From positions 31,620,001 through 31,684,000 of the forward strand of contig OZ116699.1 in assembly GCA_964199315.1 (NCBI GenBank): a DNA stretch of 64,000 bases. The letters are read 5' to 3'. A program made the position numbers and the translations under genes. Origin of the DNA: Orbicella franksi. Lineage: Eukaryota. Positions 13,995 through 26,367 of this stretch are shown piece by piece. Positions within the stretch are counted from its first letter, which is position 1; every line of letters begins with the position of its first letter. Under the pieces are notes generated by a model that worked only from the letters and a program-made list of their open reading frames with translations, was not told the origin of the DNA and searched no databases.

Positions 13995-14447
13995 AGGCTG
14001 ATTTTCACTAGTGATGGAGTCGTCGTGTGAGTCAGAAGCATAGTTTGCAATCAGAAACGTAGAGTGATACAATCTAGTGAAAATCAAAACTGACGGAGTT
14101 GGAAGTAGAACACTCATTCCGCTTATGGCTCTGTCGTTTACAATCTAGTGAAAACTAGATTGTTGGAGTCGGAAGCAGAAGTGGAAGATTTAACCAATCA
14201 CAATGCTTGATTCCAGGCCTTGTGATTGGTTAGTCATTCTGCTTCCGCTTCCGACTGTGACAATCTAGTTTTCACTAGATCATTAGTGACAGAGTCGTAA
14301 GAAATGGAAACGTTCTGATTCTTCCGACTCCGATTCTGTCGAGTTTTTGACTCCACTTACAAACCCAATTTTCGATTTTCACTAGGTCATAAGCTCTCTT
14401 ATGACTCAGACTACGGCTCCGACTCCGTTGCTAGTGAAAACCAGCCT
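13995..14447. mobile_element. Harbinger/PIF-like MITE (453 bp)
   Basis: TTA TSD at 13992-13994 and 14448-14450. The ~28-bp TIR is AGGCTG(A/G)TTTTCACTAG..GGAGTCG. Internal CTAGTGAAAA/TTTTCACTAG repeats are present. Confidence 0.8.
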
Positions 14448-16226
14448 TTAGTAGCTTTGTAATCAAAGGCCAGTTCGTTTTATAACTCATTATACATAAC
14501 ATTTTTATGAAAACTAATTCAAGCGAAGACATTTAACACTCAGATAAAAAAAATCTATTCACCTTAGCTTTCAGTAGCTTTATGTAAATGGTATGAGGCA
14601 AAACATGCATAACACAGAGTCTCTTCTTTACCTCTCCCAAGGGGTAATGAACCTTTTTACTGAACTGCTTGATTCTTGCAAGTAAAGGTAGAAGGTTACT
14701 ATGCATAATTAGTACAAATCTACTGGCATTTCATCAGGAAAGCCGTTCTCTGATTAGCTATGCTACTCACTATCTATTCTGTTGTAGAGAGTGAGTAGGC
14801 TAGCAGTGTGCAGTTAACAAAATGATGGCTGATTCTTTGTGTTTTCAAAGTGACTGCAAAGAGGATTTAGATAAAGTTTTGAATGACTAGTAGATTATAC
14901 TAAAACAAATAGATTATGCTCTCGATCTCTATGTGTGATAGTTGACTTGGGCAGCCCCCCTTGTCAACTATCACATGATAGAAATCTCAAGGTCATAATC
15001 TAATTGTTAAAGGTACATATAATTATCTAAGCCACTGTAATGGCTTGTAGATTTAATTTTGTTGAACTATGATTGTCGCAGGGTTTCAAAACAAACTGGA
15101 AATGACAATGGAAAACAAATGGTAGTTTTGATTTGCATGACACATATGACAGTCCAACATTCAGGATGCACAAAATGAAATGTACTAGGTACAATTACAC
15201 AAGACACCTACACTGTCCAATTACAAGCATGCACAGTGTCCTACTGGGGCTACAATCGTGCCTGCTGATAGCCAATCAGATGTAGGAAGTTTGCAAACGT
15301 TTTGACCAAAGAGAAAATCAAACAGTGCAGTAAAAAGATTGAACTCTCATTTTGGTAAACGTCCAAGACAAAGAATCTCTGTTCATGGGAAGAGGCATTA
15401 ATGAAATTTTAGAGCTTTACGAAATCAATACATACATGTCAAGTACAGCTGTACTTTCCCATAATTATTTTCAAATTTGTATAGGTATGCAAGTGCAATT
15501 GAGAATTTACACTACAAGAGATATTTGAAAATTACCTCAAAATTACGCAAACCTTTAGGCAAGTGCAATTTGAAATTTTCAAATATCATGAGTAGTGTAA
15601 ATCCTTATTGCTCGAGCCTTCATACTTTTACTCATATGTTGTATGACTGGGAAAATCATGAAAGTGTGAGAGTTAATTTGCACTGCAGTGCAAATCAAAA
15701 ATTAATGATAAATTGGCCTGCTCTCAGCCAATCACAATGAAGTCATTTTCTCAGTTATAGATAATAAGTTGGATTATCCCTGCCCTTTCTACTTCTACTA
15801 CATACAATATTCAATGTTAATTTGCAAGTTGTAAGTTACAGTGGGCTTTCAATCCCACAAATATTAATAATATAAAACTTCCAATCCACAACTCATGAGA
15901 TTTCACGTTTCTGGACGGTAAACTGTAGTTCTTATCCATTTGAAAAATGTCGAAAACATGTATTTCCGGTCATTAGCAGTTTCTTTGCTTCTCAGACACA
16001 TATATGTAAGCTAATGGGTCAAGAGGAACTGTGCCATTATCCTGCTTTGTTTCTCTCTTTTAGGCTGGGATTAGCATGTCGCCCCTAACCACCTTTTAAA
16101 TGAACATTTCGTATTATTCTCCATTACCTCTACAGAATTTAGCTCTCTGATCATGCCTTGCATTCATGTCTTGCCTACATGCACTTTTACTTTGTTATAA
16201 AAATATGACTGTCTCATAATTTATAA

Positions 16227-16388
16227 TGAGAGGGTTTTCAATAGAGTGTCAAAAAGAAACAGGAAATTACTTTGGTTTTGGACTAATTTACTACGAATAG
16301 AGATTGGCTGAGTAGTCTAATTGGTAGGTAATTGATTTGGATTTGGTGTTGGTTTTGGTTTTACAACACTCCATTGAAAACCGTTCTA
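16227..16388. mobile_element. Short TIR MITE
   Basis: The ends gagagggttttcaatagagtgtc and acactccattgaaaaccgttcta are imperfect inverted repeats. Confidence 0.6.
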
Positions 16389-16933
16389 GTAGGAATTAAA
16401 TGCTTATACATTTTGCTGATTTTTCTTAGCAAACAGCAAGATGAATCATCAGTCTGTTATAATCACATTCAACTCTGGAACTTGATGTTCAACATGTTAA
16501 ATCTGATCTAAAAGGCCTCATGCACTGTACATCAAACTGTTTGTTACCATCTCTAGCAACATACAAAACTAATATATGACCTTCCAATCACAGGCCACCT
16601 CAAAACAATAGTTCACTGAGGCTTAAGGACAATTTTAAGTCCTAAAAGAGACTGGAAAGTCAAGACTGGGCAAGATTAAGATGGACTGCAAATAGTGCTT
16701 CATGTTACAAGCCTGTGTTACAACCACCCTCCCTGTTGCATGCACATGTCTGCGTTACTGATCAAGCAACTTCCCAGATAGATGGCCTTCTTTTGCGTAA
16801 AGTTCACATTTCCACCACCTTGACCCATCAGTTTAAATACAGCTTGTCTTGTTGATGTAAGCAAGGAGAACACTACTGTCAAGTACATTTTGACGTAGTG
16901 ATACTTGCACAAAGAATTCTAAAAATTAATATT

Positions 16934-19900
16934 CTACAATAATGTGCAGCGAAAAAACCCTCTGGATTGTTTAGGTTGTTGTGTGACATGGATTGTTGAT
17001 GTTGCTTGGGGACTTGATTGTTCCTGAAAAATTAAAAAATAAATAAATAGTGTATATAAATGTAACCACAGACATCTTAATTGATAATACAGTTGAACCT
17101 CTTGTAAGCGACCACCCAAAATGTCAAGCCTAGGCGGTCGCTTACGAGAGGTGGTGGCTTACAAGAACTTAGACCATATTGAGTCAAACTTTTGCCTTAT
17201 TTAAGACTGATCAATAGAGTACAGTATATGTGCATTTTTTTTCTTTAATTTTTTAACTGTGTTTCCTTGTGAAAAGCCAATTTCAAGAAAAAACTCCAGT
17301 TATTCCCATTTGAGAATTTCCATCTCTTAAACAACCCAGGAGTGCAACTCCTTATTATCCAATTTCTGCTCTATTATCTGTCAAATGGTTGTTTACCGGA
17401 GGTTAAAAACAAAAGAAAATTTCAAACTTTTAGCTCTAAAAGTGGCCACAGTCGCTTACAAGAGCAGGGCTCGACACTAACGGTAGCCAACTAGCCACAG
17501 ACTAGTAGAAATTTACAATGTAGTTTTGGCTAGTAGGTTTTTGCTTTCCGCTAGCCACTTTGGCTAATCAGCAATATAAAATTGGCTGAACTAGTTTGTC
17601 TTCCTCAAGGAAGACAAACACAAAATTTACACTTTTCTCGGAAACAATGTCAGAATTTCATTGTGGACACATCATGGTACAGTACCAGGCATGTGCTGTT
17701 CAGCATGTATGTCTACTCTTCGCTGTGTGGTATGTAAACAGGGAACTGTACATGTTAATCTTGTTGAAAGAAATATTTGACTAACAAGACAGCATTTTCT
17801 GAAAGCACACATCAATGCTCTTTTTTGTTACAAAATTTTTTTCACGTGCAAAATAGTGCGGAACTGTAAAGGGATAACATTTCACTTAGCGTAACAATAA
17901 ATGGGTGATTTGTCGTTGTATGCATACTTACGAACTTACCACTACAGAAATAATTAGATGTGAAAGATTTATTTCCTTCAACATTTAAACCAGCTGTTTT
18001 TAGCAGTCGAATTTTGCCAACGACAGTTTATAGTATTGTTCAGATTGTTGTTTTGCTTTTGAAACAATTCTACGGCACCTGTCTGCGAAGAAGTCTTGAC
18101 AGTTTTTACAGTGATGTCTTGGGGGTCTCGATATTTTTCCACGGAAGTGTCAGAGAAAAACAGTCCTGAAAGTCTTTTCGGGAACTAGAACTGTTTTGAA
18201 ACCAGTTTAAGTACAGTATAATTATCAACATTATGTATTAAAGAGAGTCGCTTGCATTGTGCTCTCAAGTCTTGCTAGTAATCCTGTTGTTACTGGACCT
18301 ACCTGAAATTTTCGCGACACATTAATTGGGTGGATTTCGCGATTTAAAACACATAATGTTACTGTTGACATATAGTACCGCCATTGCGTTTTACATTTTT
18401 ACTTTTGACATTATTGTACCTTTGATAAAGTCAGTTTACTAAATTCAAAGACATGTTTAAGTAACATTGCCAAGGAAATAAATTTTGTGTTACTCAAAAA
18501 CGCGAAGTTAAAGTGATTCAAAATACAAAATTTTAGCAAAACCGCTGAATTTAAGTGTCATGAAATATGCGTACCCCCAAATCGCAAAATAAACATGTTG
18601 CAAAAATTTAATGTAATAAGGTAGCCAACCACAATGTTTGGCTAGTGAAAGAAGGTTTTGGCTAGTAACATCTAAGTTAGCACTAGCCACTAGGCTAGTA
18701 AGTTGAAAAGTTAGTGTCGAGCCCTAGAGAGGTACTATAACGATACACTTGATTTTGGAAGAGAAACTTACCAGTTTCTTGTCCATTTTTAGTTTTATAT
18801 CTCTTGCAAGGGTGAAAAATGCCTGCAGATACAAAACAATTATCAGGTTATAAAATGGAAGTTCTTCATTGTACTTTCTGCAAAGGTTACTTTATTTAAA
18901 GCAACCTAATAACATAAACACTATGGCCTGTGACACTCACTTACCTCTTCTACATTGATACTAGCTTTTGCGCTTGTCTCCATGAATTTAATTCCATATT
19001 CTGTTGCCAACTGCAGCAAAGGAGACAAGACATGAAATACAGCCAAACAGTTATAATGTAGATGGACTAATGTAGATGTAGACTATAATGACATTTAGAT
19101 GTAACTTAACATTTGTATCCAGCTCTTAATGGATACAGTAGTGCAGGAACTACATGTATGTTCAATACCAGATCACTGTTAAGCTGACCCTGTACAGGAA
19201 ATGGACAGACAAGGAAAACATGGCAGTGTTTTCTAGTCTACAGGTCAAATGTCAGTACAAGCAAATTGCAAGAGAACATTAAGATTTTAGAAATTACTGA
19301 AGAACATTCCTTTACAAGTAACAGCATGGATTAGACTGTCTTAAATTAGAGTGTGCATTCCTGCAAGATATACGAGACCATTATTGCTGTTTCCCAAATG
19401 TTTACTTATAAAATAGGACACTAAAATCAAACAAACAACATAAGCTACATGTACTTACATGTCAAAATGGACAAGTTTACCTTGCTTCTCTCATTTGACA
19501 GGAAAAGGGAAAATCCGCTCACAAGATGTTTTTCACGGCAATTAATGCTGGACAACCATGTGCCTAACATGTGATGCTCTATTAATTGTTTATCATTTAA
19601 CTTTGGATCAACAAGCATGCAAGAGTTGTTTTTGTACATCTCATAGGTACAAGAAAGTTCACAAAATAAAACCTGGCTGTTTAGTTAAGCATACATGTAA
19701 CTTCTTCTTAGGGTTTCAACAATGCCACACAAACCATCCAAAATTATAAACTTCAGTGTACGCCACATGTAAGTCTACCTGTGTTCCTCTTTCTTTAGAC
19801 ACTGATCTTCTGTCCTCCATGTCACACTTGTTTCCCAGCACCATTTTCTCCACATCAGATGATGCATGCTGAACAGACCAATCAAGAGGCAAATTATCAA

Positions 19901-20006
19901 AAGTAAAGAAGTACACGGATGTTCGCATTGTTTCTAAGTAAGTTCCTAAAACAAAAACATCAACATTGCCTCAAACTTCCTTGTACCCCCGGGGGGAGGG
20001 GGGGGC

Positions 20007-20037
<31 letters not shown>

Positions 20038-22436
20038 CGCTGTGAAGGGTATGGTTTTCAAGCAGTTTACTCTAGGATAGGGTATATAAATCAGAGCGTT
20101 TGGGTCGACACCGCGGATATACGTTTTTTGGGGCGCGATACAGTATTTTGCTGGTCAGCGGTACACCCCAACAAAACTACAAAATGCCTGCAACTTTTAC
20201 ATTGTTTTCGCAGTGAGTCTTATCGACAGTCAAAAAGATACAAAACTTAGAGCGCACACTGTAAACTTAGCTTTTAAACTCCGCTCATTTGTTGGATAGT
20301 TCTCAGTTAATATTATATATTGTGCCAAAGCCAAACTGAACTTGCACATGGTGTGAAATTGTTGTTGTTTCGTGAGAGTTCATGCTCGCAAGCGGCGAGC
20401 CAGTGGCAATTTACGTTACGATGTGCGCTAAGGCTAAAACTAGGCAGCTTTTGTGCTGCTGTAACGGTGTTCTGAGGACATCAACTTCTCAAGTTTGTTG
20501 AATTGATGGGCTTGAACCGTATGAATCGGTATGTCAACGGCATTTCGATCAAATTCGTCGGGAAGACATGCTCGTGTTCGTCCTCTTGTTCGAACTAAAT
20601 GCAATAAATATTAATTTGTAAGAAATGTATCTGTTCTTTAATACATGCTTTTGTGTCTAGTATCTGAGTTAGATGTAGCCAAGATATATTACCAATGGTT
20701 TGTAGACAACAGTAAGCCAATTCAGAGACACAGTGGCATAAACAAACCCACTTGTTAGCCAATTTATCACAGGAAAAAAAAAATACATATAATAATATTA
20801 CACATATATAATTCATTGCCATCAGGTTCTATTATGTCTTGTAATAAAGTGGTTACAAGTTAAGTCAGAATCTTACAGAAGGGAGGATGATACAATACTA
20901 TTACTAAGGTGATCATAATTAATTTCATATTGATTCAAAGCACGTGATATGTACATGTATGATTACAATGTAAAAATTATTTTGTAGTGATTGTGCAAAG
21001 CTCATCTGAATTAAATTAAATGAAAGGAAAAACAACAACAGTCAATTATTTATTAAAGTTGATACAATGCACATGTAAGATAGAGAAATAGAAATCGAAA
21101 AGCTTCAAATGACTGACAAAATGACAAAATGACAAAATAAACTAGTGGGTTTCATTGAGGAGTTGATTACTGCCTCTCTGAAATGTTGAATGTCTTTTCA
21201 GCATCAAAAGTAGTGAAACTTGACCACATCCCATAAGTGGAAGCGGTTTCGTGTAAACAAATACAGGTGTTTGGGCATTTTAAAATATTTAGTTACATGT
21301 GCATACATGTACAGGGAAACGGTCTTGAAAATTTCCATGTGCTATCAACATTTAATTGATGGAAACAAAAAAGACCTCAAAAAAGGAAAAATTGTCAATG
21401 AACCGAAGATATTGAGCGGTCTTAAATGTTTTCAGTATTTCCAGCATTCGCTGCGGCCAACAAATTATAATATTTTCAATTTCTACTCCCTTCGCAAACG
21501 CCACCATTATATAAATGTAGGCTTAAACAATCTTTACTGAATGATAGAGAAATATCTTGTGAATGAAATGAACAAATGTTTTATTCTTACAGCAAACGGC
21601 AGGTACAAAAAAAATATTTCACCCGTTCCAAAAGGCGCAGAAAGTCAGAAAGGTGATAGAAAGGCCAAAACGCCAGTCTTTAAAGACAAATTCTTATCAA
21701 AGTTTCTTTGAAGCGTTGCGAAATATAATCTCAATGAAAGAGCACCATACGTCGGCGCAAAGTGAGTGTGAACAAAACGGTCCCGACTTACATGTACCTT
21801 AACCATTTCGTGCAAATTACACTTTAAATCCAACCAGTCTTCAAAATCCTTGCAAAAGCTGCACACAGGACAAATTTTCTGCTTTGCTGGATACCCATCG
21901 TTGATTTTCACAATTCTGAGGCGAGGGCGGCTGAAGCAACACGATCCACGCTTCGTCCGCTCGAGCTGGCTCGATTCAGCAAACTACACATTACTCCACA
22001 CAAAATGACTCCCCTGTACCGCTATTTTTTACGAACATTGCTTGAGTATTAAAAACCCATTTAAGGACGTCAAACTCACCAATAACGAGAACTATCAAGG
22101 ATATTTTCGACCTTAAACCGAAGCAAAATACCGATCTCAGAGACTGCTCGATCGAAGAACAGCACAGCCCGATGGTGATGACCACTGACCAGTTACTGTG
22201 ACGTCAGAAAACGTATTTCCGCGGTGTCGTTTGGGTCTAGAATAGGGTATCATTTTTCACAAAACTGACTGGTTGGTTGAAAATTTTATCTAGAGTAGGG
22301 AAACCAGAAATTGCCACTCAAAAATAGAACAAAATCAAATCAGCAAGTTTAAATTTATGCAAATCAGCCTCAGCAGTGTCAATAGATGGGGGGATTCGAG
22401 GATTTTACTCTAGTATAGGCTGGAAAAATTCAGCTG

Positions 22437-22467
<31 letters not shown>

Positions 22468-25400
22468 GGATGACAGCGGCATCCCCACCCAGAAATTCCC
22501 AAAGTACATCCCTGGGCTTGTACCCTGTAGGCTGTCCACAGCAAATACATTTTACAAAAGTCTATACCCACATAGGTGTTATTTGACAGTTCTTAAACTT
22601 TTAGCTATAATCTAAATGCACGTTAAAACCTAAATTAACAGTGCTCACCTCTTCAATATTTCTGATCCAGTTCTTGATATTCTCAAAGGATTTATCATTT
22701 GTGATGTCATACACAAGCATGATTCCCTAGTTATCAAAGCACAAAGTGTATGTAAATCAACATTCTTTGGCAATATTTTTTTAACTGACATAAAAATCAT
22801 CGCCAACTGATGAACTTAGGAAAGGTGCCCTACGGATGGTGGAGCCAAGATATGCGCCTCAAGCAGAGTATGCAAGTATCTATGGCAACCCTGAGAGTGG
22901 CAACCACCAGGCACTGCTACACTAACAGAGTCAGTGGAGATACTTACCACCACTTACCGTCGCCAGCGAAAGGGAGGGAGGTGAGGGAGCAAAAGCACTC
23001 AACAGGCATGAATGGCACTCAAAAGCAAACTACATGTTCTCACACAGCTGGCAAGTAAAACACGTAAGCCCTGCTTAACGCCCAAGTCGCTAGTGGAGGG
23101 AAGGTGCCTACAAAGCCTGGGGGCTGCAACTGCAGTCACATCCCCAAGGCGCTAGAACACCTGACTGGCCTGCCCAACCCGCAACTAAGCCACGAGCCCC
23201 CCGCGCCAAGCCCCCTACAGGCACCCATCACACTCAAGCCAGATGGCATTGGTGGAAAAAAAAAAATGCTGAAAAGAGGGGGGGAATAGGGAGGGAACGC
23301 CGAGAACTGCTAAACTATAATTCAATCCACAACGCCTCACTAACAGAGCGATGAACACACTGCGAGCACGTGGGACGACAACACACGTACTAACCAAAAA
23401 TACCACTGGACAATGTCAGCCCCAGGGCTCTCACGACCATATGACTGCTGCAAATGCTACAGAACGTACCAAATGCTAAAAAAAAGCTAACAGATGGCTA
23501 AGGCACTATCACACGCCTACAAAAAACGCTACTGACCAGACTAGCTCCTGGTCATAAACTATGTAAAATTTCACTGAACTATATCAAACGCTACAGAATG
23601 CACCAAACGCTAACCAAACGCTCACAGATGGCCAAGACACTAACAACCGCCTATAAAAACGCTACTTACCAGACTAGCTTCTAGTCGTTAACTATGTTAA
23701 ATTTCATTTAACCATATAAAACCCTGTATGAGACCCCACCGAGCATGATTGCCCTGATCGCTGGCCAGCATTGCCTCGACTCAAACTTCTCTTAAATTAC
23801 ATTTAGCCCCATAAAAATTTTTAAAGTTTACATTTGCCTTACCATTGCACCACGGTAGTAAGCGGTGGTGATGGTTCGGAACCTCTCCTGGCCAGCTGTG
23901 TCCCTAAAAGCCAAGAACATACATAATAACCCATCAGCTTCTACAGAAGTAAACTCTAATATCATGTGGTACAAGTTTTTGTGGCTACCAATGTAGATCA
24001 GAGTGTTTACTAGGGACAAACTCTCACGACCAAAATTACTTTCTCTGTTTTCTCTAAATACCAAATGAATAAAGGTTGTTGAGAAAAATGTATAAACCAT
24101 TAAGTAACAATATAGCCCAGAGATATTCTGGAAAAAGTGTGAACTAAATGTAAACTCCTGCTCATATTCAGAGTAATTGTACACAAAATTGTGTACATAA
24201 ACTATATGTTTTAGTGCCATGTTTATTCTTTAAGTCTAAAGCACTAGAATTTAACAAGATCAGCACTGAGCTGTGACCAATCAATGTAACAAAGAGAAGG
24301 TCTTGAATAACACACATTAATTCAGTCTCCTTTATTCCTTATGGTGGTACCATTTGTGGTTTATGCTAGTAACCTTTTTCTGTCAGGGACATTTAATATA
24401 ACTACAACTTACTGCACACAGTTTATGACAAAAAAAAATCCAATGATAATGGTGTCACGAATAGGGACTTTAACCAAGCTGGAGCCTCTTTGAACGTCCA
24501 AATCTATACTATGAAGTCCCAAAATGTTGTTTGCCCACCAGATAAGAGATGGATAAGGTTCAATTATCTGATGGACAAATCCACCAGCCTAAGATTATTT
24601 GTTAATCAAAGTATCTCTTTGTCTAAGAGGCCTGAGCAAAAGTGGTAATGCAGGTTTGTCACAAAGTTATCAATTACTGGTAAGTAGCTTTATCTTTTGG
24701 AGAAGGTGGCTGACATTGTAATTTTTTCTAATGATATGAGGAGGGGAGCAGGGGAGCAGGGATGGCGAAGTAGTGAGAACGCTCGCCTCCCACCAATGAG
24801 GCCTGGGTTCGATTCCAGCCCGGTGCCATGTGGGTCAATTTTGTTGTTGGTTCTTGCCTTGCTCCAAGGGTTTTTCTCCAGATTCTGCAGTTTTTCTACC
24901 TCCAAAAAAACTGATATCTCCAAATTCCAATTCAACCAGCATAAAGGACCCGCATGAAAACCAGCTGAGGCTGATGCAGCTTCCTCTCTAAATATTGTAA
25001 TTTTTTGTATTCATTCACTTATTTATTCATTCATTCATTTATTCTATTTAGGGCAACCTAGAAGAATAGCTGGCTAAGATCATAAAGCAGTAGATGGTGA
25101 TTTTCACTGGCAGCCACCTACTTTTGACAAACCTGGGTCATATGATAAAGTAATTAATTAGTGACAATCACATGCTTACTTCCCATCATTTCCAAAAATT
25201 ATCTTTAGTTAATGTGATAAGGAAGATGCTGGCACAGCACTGGCTTGACAGAGGCCATAAAGCTATGTAAGTACTTTAAGAGGTCTTTAAAGATAAATTC
25301 ATCATACATCTCATAATAATGTCCACCTTATTTATAATAATCAAGAAAAGTAAATTCAGGTCAGAAATAATACCTTGAAAGTGAAGATACAAGTCTCAAC

Positions 25401-26156
25401 CCTACTAATTTTAACAAGCTGTGTGGCAATTTCTACATAAAGTTCCTGTACACGCTCTTACTGATTTTCTTAGCTACAGAAAAATAGATCTGGAATGCAC
25501 GACATTTACAGCAGGTCTGACAATGGAGTTAAGTTACTTAGCGAATTGAAAACAACCACAAAATCGACAAAATGCTTGTTTAGGCAAATTACTAATGCCT
25601 ACATTGTATGTCTCATCCGTCAGACGTCTGCGGATTTTGAATTAAACCAAAGAATTCAACAAAAAGTTAGAGTCAATTCTAAGCGCTACAGGTAACATAG
25701 ATTCGGGATGAGCGGCTTTATAAGGAAAAGAGCAGTGCATTGGGTCATACAATGACAACAAAAATCTGCTTCGTTCTGGAGTGTGGAGTTGACAATCTAA
25801 TAACGCTTCATAGATGGGCAAGGAGAAATTTTACTCACCATATCTGAAGCTTTATCTTCTTTCCATCTAATTCTATTGTCCTTATTTTAAAATCAATGCC
25901 TGAAAGCCACAAAAAGAAGTGTTAAATGCCTTGACCTGACGAGACAGCTTGATCACACGAAGCCAGTTAAATTCTCCAGCAATTCACATAAAGCAACAGG
26001 CAAACTTTGCACGGCTTCTGAAGTTCACCGACCTATGGTGGAAATGAATGTGGAATTAAAGGCATCCTCGGAAAATCGGAACAACACACAAGTCTTGCCA
26101 ACGCCTGAATCTCCTATCAGTAATAATTTAAAGAGGAAATCATATGTCTTTGCCAT
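16934..26156 (-). CDS. RAB8: Ras-related protein Rab-8 (206 aa)
   Basis: 8 exons join in frame (621 nt): 26156-26033, 25899-25839, 23903-23843, 22726-22649, 19868-19779, 19010-18945, 18822-18772, 17023-16934. Translation [155 protein letters not shown] is near-identical to vertebrate RAB8A in the G domain and ends in a CAAX-type motif. Confidence 0.97.
17090..18738. mobile_element. Tc1/mariner-like MITE (TA|CAGTTGAACCTC) interrupted near its right end by a hAT-like element
   Basis: Left end ta|cagttgaacctcttgtaagcgacc. The right-end motif gtcgcttacaagag..gagaggtactata is split by the 17465-18726 insertion. The right terminus is degraded. Confidence 0.55.
17465..18726. mobile_element. hAT-like non-autonomous element (~1.26 kb) in Rab8 intron 7
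   Basis: 17-bp TIR (C/T)AGGGCTCGACACTAAC with subterminal (GG)CTAGT repeats at both ends. The TSD is not cleanly recoverable. A further cgcgac/cgcaaaa-type MITE remnant lies inside (~18300-18622). Confidence 0.7.
19988..22516. mobile_element. CCCGGGGG-type MITE split by the Mutator-like insertion
   Basis: Left half 19988-20106 and right half 22229-22516. Removing the insert restores the contiguous agagcgtttgggtctagaatagggtatc. Confidence 0.6.
20107..22228. mobile_element. Mutator (MULE)-like non-autonomous element, 2122 bp, in Rab8 intron 4
   Basis: Perfect 9-bp TSD GTTTGGGTC at 20098-20106 and 22229-22237. TIR GACACCGCGGA(T/A)ATACGTTTT. No intact transposase ORF. Confidence 0.85.
22850..23815 (+). 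repeat. Unclassified interspersed repeat with an internal 2x134-bp tandem duplication (23452-23719)
   Basis: Shares ggca(a/g)ccctg(a/t)gag(t/c)ggcaaccacca, cagtggagat and a terminal aaattacatttagcc with 29965-30302. The unit aaa(t/c)gctacagaa..cagatggc..accagactagct..aactatgt(a/t)aaatttca is repeated twice. Confidence 0.65.
24752..25045 (+). mobile_element. Full-length tRNA-derived SINE (V-SINE-like core) in Rab8 intron 2
   Basis: A box TGGCGAAGTAGTG, B box GGTTCGATTCC, core gggtttttctccagattctgcagtttttctacctcc, and an (ATTC/ATTT)n tail. Confidence 0.8.
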
Positions 26157-26367
26157 TCCAGAACAGTGCTAAAGTGAAAATCGTTGTTCCGTCTTTCCGA
26201 CTTTACGACTGTTGAACTGGGCAGGCGTGGCAAACAGACCCAAACTGCGCTTGCGCATTTCCAAACTCAGAGTAACCAGGCGTGAGGAACGTGCCAGTCT
26301 GGGACGAGTCTCCACTTCCGTACTCGGCTTTTTATATCCTGTGGATTGTTTGCAGCTTCGTTACGTT
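26157..26367. promoter_or_regulatory. Bidirectional promoter between Rab8 and the Rab8-like gene
   Basis: Only 211 bp separate the divergent ATGs. The region is CpG-rich and has an NRF1-like near-palindrome TGCGCTTGCGCA at 26246-26257. Confidence 0.8.

Noticed and set aside
13995-14447. CRISPR-like or regulatory array of CTAGTGAAAA repeats; likewise GGATC repeats at 42315-42385 and CGAATAG repeats at 38475-38525
   Set aside because: Spacing is irregular, there are no unique spacers or cas genes, and all are subterminal repeats within TIR-bounded elements in a eukaryotic genome.
11000-16900. Additional gene between CSDE1 and Rab8
   Set aside because: Only repeat-derived short ORFs were found. 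No chain of frame-compatible exons emerged.
24752-24830. tRNA gene (A and B boxes present); likewise 12240-12312 and 5055-5170
   Set aside because: There is no complete cloverleaf or acceptor stem, and the two longer copies continue into a SINE core and simple-repeat tail.
1-26156. Conserved CSDE1-NRAS-like linkage (CSDE1 next to a small GTPase)
   Set aside because: The GTPase is a Rab8, not a Ras, and lies upstream of CSDE1. In vertebrates NRAS is downstream. Probably coincidental.
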